Shown here one piece after another: positions 47,295-51,830 of a stretch of 51,830 bases of DNA (positions are counted from its first letter, which is position 1; each line of letters begins with the position of its first letter). The notes below the pieces were generated by a model. That model did no database searches. It was not told the DNA's origin and worked only from the letters and a program-made list of their open reading frames with translations. This DNA is from Verrucomicrobiota bacterium (GTDB lineage: Bacteria > Verrucomicrobiota > Lentisphaeria > UBA2565 > JAYEIY01): positions 1 through 51,830 of the forward strand of contig JAYEIY010000300.1 in assembly GCA_034660375.1 (NCBI GenBank), read 5' to 3'. The position numbers were made by a program, and so were the translations under genes.

Positions 47295-48785
47295 CTATCT
47301 TAAAAAACCACTATTGATACGCATAACATTATTCATTAGCGAGGAGTTTAGCCAGGATCTGAAATTGGTTATAATAACAAGAAGAGGGTCTGCTGAAGTC
47401 TTGATAGAGTGATTATAGAATGAAAGATAACCACAGTCTTCCTCCTCCGGATTTAGATTAAGCAATCTTGATTTTAACTTTATAAGAAGAATAGAAAAAA
47501 ATAAAGTCTGTGCTTCTTTCATTATTTCTTTTCCGATTAACTTGTTTGGATAGCCTGTCCCATCGGAATACTCTTCCTGTTGTAAAAGCATATCTAAATC
47601 TGACCCCTTCGTCTTAGTTTTTTCTAAAAGTTCTTCCATAAAATCAATATTATTGGCGATAGCTTCTTTCCCCATAAAACAATTAGAAAAAGGAGTACCA
47701 TTTTTTTCGTATCCTAGATTATAGAGCATTCCTGCTAATCCTGGTATAATCCAATCTTCCCAACTTCTTTTACTTTTTTCAAGATTTTCAGAGAGAAGTA
47801 ATGATGAAATTCCTGTCATCATGGCATTTGAGGCATAATCATTATATTTTAATGTAAGAAATTCTACTGTTGTATATAGATCTACAAGATTTGTTATATG
47901 TCCTCTTAATTCCTCAACAATTTCTGTTAAGACGGTTAGATCAACATTTTCAGGATTTGAGATAAGTTCTTTTCTCAACGGAATATACTTTTCCCGACAT
48001 GCCAAAACACCATTTATCAAAGACTTATCTGCATTTGTTCCGATTTGCTCTGTTTTTTTTATCAAAGGTTTTGTGGAATCGGAGGGTTTATTGACAATTA
48101 AAACCTTTGATTTTTCTTCTGGAGTTTCTTTTGTTATATTTTCTTTTTCCATGTAATCATTTTCTAAAGGAAGATCAGTTTTGTCCTCTTTTTGATGTTC
48201 TGTACCTTTTTCTTTTGAATCAACTCTCTCGGAGTCTTTGGTTTTCTTTCCGTGTTCCCGCTTTTTCATCATTTTTTTCCTGTACTTGTTCAAGGCAAGC
48301 TCCTGGAAGTTTTCCAATTTGAAATCCATATTCTTATGGATTTCACGAATCTCTAATTTTGTCAGTTTATCAAGTTGTTTCAAGAGAATATCCAGAGAAA
48401 GTACGTGTTTGCTTACTTCTGCAAGAACTAGATCTTTAGGCCAAGTTGATGGAATACTGTCTGTTTCTTTGCTTTTTAATAGTAAAATAGGGATATGCGT
48501 GAGCTTATGAGGATTGTCTTTGAAAAGAATTTCTGTATAATCAGGGTCTGTAGCATTATCAATATCAACTATTATTATGTCTACAGAACTATGAAGATGT
48601 GGTTGTTTAAGGAGTTTTGGACTAAATAAGGTCATTTTGAAATATTTGGAGGATGAAATCTCCTGCATGGAGTGAAACAGAAAAAATAAAAAAGGAGATT
48701 TTGAAAAAAGCAATATATGGAATGTTTGTTTGCTATGTTTCTGAGAATACTCTTTAATAAAGTTTTCAATATAATCACTATGCAT
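47295..48785 (-). CDS. Receiver-like plus degenerate HD-GYP-like domain protein
   Basis: The C-terminus has EEYSDGTGYPNKLIGKEI (the GYP motif is kept), but the usual HHE is QQE and the HD position reads LAGMLYNLGY. The N-terminal VDIIIVDIDNATD...IPILLLKSKE resembles a receiver without the acidic pair. The start is set at ATG 48785 (MHSDYIENF, AGGA upstream). The 48911 start in the track would overlap galK divergently. Confidence 0.6.
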   Translation of the reverse strand: MHSDYIENFIKEYSQKHSKQTFHILLFSKSPFLFFLFHSMQEISSSKYFKMTLFSPKLLKQPHLHSSVDIIIVDIDNATDPDYTEILFKDNPHKLTHIPILLLKSKETDSIPSTWPKDLVLAEVSKHVLSLDILLKQLDKLTKLEIREIHKNMDFKLENFQELALNKYRKKMMKKREHGKKTKDSERVDSKEKGTEHQKEDKTDLPLENDYMEKENITKETPEEKSKVLIVNKPSDSTKPLIKKTEQIGTNADKSLINGVLACREKYIPLRKELISNPENVDLTVLTEIVEELRGHITNLVDLYTTVEFLTLKYNDYASNAMMTGISSLLLSENLEKSKRSWEDWIIPGLAGMLYNLGYEKNGTPFSNCFMGKEAIANNIDFMEELLEKTKTKGSDLDMLLQQEEYSDGTGYPNKLIGKEIMKEAQTLFFSILLIKLKSRLLNLNPEEEDCGYLSFYNHSIKTSADPLLVIITNFRSWLNSSLMNNVMRINSGFLR

Positions 48786-48889
48786 AAAAAAAATCCTATA
48801 GACCTTTAAAAGTAGAATTAAGCAACTAAAATAATAATACATTGTTAATGGTAACCTAGTTGATAATAATAATAAAATCAATAATAATA

Positions 48890-50044
48890 ATGAATAAAAT
48901 AATAGAATCATTCAAAAAAAGATATAATTCATCTCCTTCGATTGTTACATCTGCTCCTGGACGTCTTGAAATATTGGGGAATCATACAGACTATAATGAA
49001 GGATTTGTCCTCAGTATGGCTGTAGATAAATCTGCAGATTTTGCTGTGGCACCAACAGATTCTAAAAATGATATCTGTACGGTTTATGATGCAAAGTTTG
49101 ATGAAATAGCACAGTTCTCTCTGAAAAAACTTTTGGAACACTCTCGGGGAGATTGGATTAACTATATAAAAGGAGTTTTGGTTGAAATGCAGAAGAGGGG
49201 AGTTGTAATACCTCCATTTCAGGCAGTCCTAAGCAGTAATGTCCCCCTTTCCGCAGGAATGAGCAGTTCTGCTGCATTTGAAATGGTGGTAGCCTATGCG
49301 ATTGGAAAACTAACCAAAACCGATTTTGACTATAGAGAATGGGCAAAAATAGGTCGTGATTGTGAAAATAACTACGTTGGAGCAAATACGGGGCTTTTAG
49401 ATCAGATTTCATCAATAAAAGGCTTGAAAGACCATCTTATCTTTACTGATTTTAGGAGTGTTGATGTGAAAAATGTTCCCATTGATAAAAAATTGTCTTT
49501 TGTCGTTGCAAATTCTATGGTAAAGCATGATTTGACAACAGAATATAACGAACGAAGAGAAAACTGTGAGAACGTCGCTAAAATTTTTGCATCCAAATAT
49601 GAGAATGTTACAACGCTTCGTGATGTAACAGAAGAAATGCTTGAAGAAGATTCTAAACAACTTGATTTTATAGATTACAAACGTGCAAAACATGTCATCG
49701 GAGAAAATAGAAGAGTTTTGCAGGGAATAAAATACCTTGAAAAAAAAGATGTAACTGCATTTGGTAACCTTATGTCGGAATCTCATGAAAGCTCACGAAT
49801 AAATTTTGAAAATAGTTGTGATGAACTCGATGTCCTTGTTGAATTGGGAAAAACACTTCCCGGACATTTAGGAGCACGCCTAAGCGGTGGAGGATTCGGA
49901 GGTATTTCTGTTCACCTTGTGGAAAATCAACATACTGATACGTACTGTGAACGCCTTGCAACTGCTTTTAAAACAAGAACCAGCATAGAAATTGAACCGA
50001 TAATATGCATTCCAGGAGACGGTGTAAAAGTCTCCGTTCTTTAA
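48890..50044 (+). CDS. galK: Galactokinase
   Basis: APGRLEILGNHTDYNEGFVL, the GHMP motif PLSAGMSSSAAFEM, and GARLSGGGFGG. The first ATG is at 48890 (MNKIIESF). Confidence 0.9.
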   Translation: MNKIIESFKKRYNSSPSIVTSAPGRLEILGNHTDYNEGFVLSMAVDKSADFAVAPTDSKNDICTVYDAKFDEIAQFSLKKLLEHSRGDWINYIKGVLVEMQKRGVVIPPFQAVLSSNVPLSAGMSSSAAFEMVVAYAIGKLTKTDFDYREWAKIGRDCENNYVGANTGLLDQISSIKGLKDHLIFTDFRSVDVKNVPIDKKLSFVVANSMVKHDLTTEYNERRENCENVAKIFASKYENVTTLRDVTEEMLEEDSKQLDFIDYKRAKHVIGENRRVLQGIKYLEKKDVTAFGNLMSESHESSRINFENSCDELDVLVELGKTLPGHLGARLSGGGFGGISVHLVENQHTDTYCERLATAFKTRTSIEIEPIICIPGDGVKVSVL

Positions 50045-50100
50045 TCCTACTATACAACAAAAAACAAGAAGAAACTTGCTGTTTTTAAAAAACTTATTTT

Positions 50101-51189
50101 ATGAAAACAATAAACTTTTATTTTGCTAAAAATCTTTTTTATACATTTGCCGTAACTTTGATAGTACTTTCCTTTGTCCTGCTTTCAGCAAATCTTACAA
50201 AAATATTTGAATTGATTTCAAAGGGTATCCCCGCAGGAAAACTATTTCTTTATGTCTTCTATTTAATGCCCAGAGTCCTTGGTTTGACAATTCCTCTGGC
50301 TCTTCTTGCTGCAACAATATTGCTTTTCAGCAGGATGTCTGCAGATAACGAAATTACTGCAATGCGTGCCAGTGGTATCAGTATCTGGCAAATTATATCG
50401 CCAGGTTTGATTCTGAGCATAATTTTAAGTGCCTTCTGTTTTTATCTTCAAATGCATATAATTCCTCATTGTCGATATAAAGCCAGAGTTCTTATATGCA
50501 CAAAAGGTATTAAGCATATGGAAGCATTCCTTGAAGCAGGACGTTTTATTGAAGTTTTTGAGGGATATATTATCTATATCGGGGAAAGAGATGGCAAAAA
50601 TTTAAAAGATATTCACATATACGGATTAGATGAAGAAAAAAAAATGAAAAAAGATATAGTGGCACAAACAGGACAGATTGTCACTGATGAAAAGTCTAAT
50701 CTTCTTAAACTTATACTCCATAAAGCTACCATTGTATCTCTTGAACCACAAGAAAAAATTCGTCGAATTTCAGGAAGTGATTTTACTTTTCTTCTGAACT
50801 ACAAAAAGAAGTTTGGCAGAGAGCCGTTAACTAGAAAGGTGAAAAATATGACTATTGCAAGTCTTTTTGCAATGATACAGCTTTATAGAGAAAGGCATAT
50901 AGATACCACACCTCTATATGTAAATATTCACAAAAGACTTGTTCTAGCCCTTTCTCCATTCGCATTTCTGCTAATGGGAATTCCCTTTGGAATAAAAACG
51001 CAGCGAACAGAGACTTCAGCAGGTCTAGTCATAAGCCTTGTTCTTGGAATGTTTTTTTATATTTTTGTTATGCTCGCTGAAAATATGAAACATCAAGGAG
51101 CTTGGCATCCCGAAATTATTATTTGGACCCCAAGTATACTTTATCAACTCGGAGGAATCTTTGGATTGAACCTAATTTCAAAACGATAA
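50101..51189 (+). CDS. LptF/LptG-family (YjgP/YjgQ) LPS export permease
   Basis: 362 aa. The N-terminal TM bundle with LMPRVLGLTIPLALLAATILLFSRMSADNEITAMRASGIS is typical. A periplasmic beta-jellyroll region and C-terminal TMs follow. Confidence 0.85.
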   Translation: MKTINFYFAKNLFYTFAVTLIVLSFVLLSANLTKIFELISKGIPAGKLFLYVFYLMPRVLGLTIPLALLAATILLFSRMSADNEITAMRASGISIWQIISPGLILSIILSAFCFYLQMHIIPHCRYKARVLICTKGIKHMEAFLEAGRFIEVFEGYIIYIGERDGKNLKDIHIYGLDEEKKMKKDIVAQTGQIVTDEKSNLLKLILHKATIVSLEPQEKIRRISGSDFTFLLNYKKKFGREPLTRKVKNMTIASLFAMIQLYRERHIDTTPLYVNIHKRLVLALSPFAFLLMGIPFGIKTQRTETSAGLVISLVLGMFFYIFVMLAENMKHQGAWHPEIIIWTPSILYQLGGIFGLNLISKR

Positions 51190-51210
51190 AATTGTTTTAA
51201 TCTACCAGGC

Positions 51211-51238
51211 TTGCAAGAATCCCGCGATGCTTTATATT
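51211..51238 (+). promoter_or_regulatory. Sigma70-like promoter for rnpB
   Basis: TTGCAA (51211..51216), a 16-nt spacer, then TATATT (51233..51238), ending ~6 nt before the predicted 5' end of the P1 helix. Confidence 0.5.
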
Positions 51239-51243
51239 AACCT

Positions 51244-51647
51244 TGCCACTAGGAAATGGATAATCGCTCACTTAATAGAGAGGAAAGTCCGGACACCACA
51301 GGACAGGAAGCCCGGTTGAAAAGCCGGATATCATAAACTATATTTTATGGTCAGGAAAGTGCCACAGAAAATATACCACCCCGCACCTACTTTGGTTTGA
51401 CAGGAAAAAAGACTCTAAGTCAAACTAAAGTAGGTGCGGGGTAAGGGTGAAAAGGTAAGGTAAGAGCTTACCGCTCTGAGAGAAATCAAAGAGGCAGGGT
51501 AAACCCCTTCCGGTGCAAGATCAAATAGGGAATAAGGCGCTGTCCGTGCCGTTATTAGTTCCGGGTTGGATCGCTTAGTCAAATGATTATCATTCTCGAA
51601 TCTTTGATTCGTGAATACAAAATCCGGCTTATAGTTTCCTAGGGGCA
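51244..51647 (+). ncRNA. rnpB: RNase P RNA, bacterial type A
   Basis: P1 pairing tgccactaggaaa / tttcctaggggca. P4 strands GAGGAAAGTCCGGAC (51280s) and ACAAAATCCGGCTTATAG (51617..). Conserved AGTGCCACAGAAAATATACC and GGGTAAGGGTGAAA. A long P12-like 23-bp hairpin lies at 51379..51441. Confidence 0.9.
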
Positions 51648-51685
51648 CTTTTTGTAATTGAAAATTGAAAACTTAGAACTAAAAA

Positions 51686-51830
51686 TATGCAAAAGAATTT
51701 TTTAATAATTATAGTAGCAGTTCTTTTTCATCTAATTTTTCTGTCTATTTTTAATGCGGATGGTGTAATTTTAGATGAGAAGAAGGAAAATCTCTCTGCA
51801 TCAAAATGTATAATGATATTTCCGGATTAT
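51686..51830 (+). CDS. Truncated ORF with a signal-peptide-like N-terminus (runs off the window end)
   Basis: ATG at 51686: MQKNFLIIIVAVLFHLIFLSIFNADGVILDEKKENLSASKCIMIFPDY..., open to the window end. No family is recognisable. Confidence 0.3.

Noticed and set aside
48786-48911. Hydrophobic N-terminal extension (MILLFYSLLLLILLLL...) of the HD-GYP-like ORF.
   Set aside because: It is the translation of the complement of an ATAATAATAA-type AT-rich promoter region. It would overlap the divergent galK start. The internal ATG at 48785 has an AGGA upstream.
51379-51441. A 23-bp near-perfect hairpin that looked like a separate palindromic element.
   Set aside because: Its position between the conserved ACAGAAA...ACC and GGGTAAGGGTGAAA blocks fits an extended P12 helix of RNase P RNA.
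51415-51648. 77-aa minus-strand ORF.
   Set aside because: It lies entirely within the RNase P RNA gene, which has conserved P4 and other type-A motifs on the + strand.
1-51830. Search for CRISPR arrays, tRNA/rRNA/tmRNA genes, integrases, transposases and reverse transcriptases.
   Set aside because: I found no regularly spaced short direct repeats, no T-loop or acceptor-stem signatures in the intergenic regions, and no ORF with recombinase, transposase or RT motifs. The repeats flanking the giant gene therefore cannot be called a classical genomic island.

Overview
AT-rich bacterial chromosomal window from a diderm organism, shown by lpxI, an LptF/LptG permease, a TolC-family OMP and a type-A RNase P RNA. 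Almost half of it (21038..46345, +) is a single uninterrupted 25,308-nt ORF. It encodes an 8,435-aa protein with a Sec signal, built from about two dozen CARDB-like modules. Several modules carry jelly-roll domains nested inside them, and a mosaic C-terminal third follows. The gene has a near-consensus promoter and is bracketed by two copies of a ~94-bp direct repeat. It is followed by a ~950-bp convergent spacer holding a ~480-bp nested inverted/direct-repeat element. The left 6 kb is accessory DNA. It holds a HigB/HigA-like toxin-antitoxin pair followed by a truncated SecB-like ORF, which gives a TAC-like arrangement. It also holds two ABC-type ATPase plus small Toprim-like partner modules (RloA/RloB or AbiL-like) in opposite orientations around lpxI, and three of their four genes are frame-disrupted. 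Next comes a MacB-type efflux operon with a tandemly duplicated HlyD-like adaptor, a second adaptor and a TolC-family protein. After that come yceH-like, pgmB-like and gyrA, with gyrA bracketed by two PD-(D/E)XK-family genes. Right of the giant gene lie a degenerate receiver/HD-GYP protein, galK, lptF/G, rnpB and a truncated ORF. I saw no CRISPR array, tRNA, rRNA, integrase or transposase. All family assignments come from motif recognition by eye and need HMM or structure searches to confirm.
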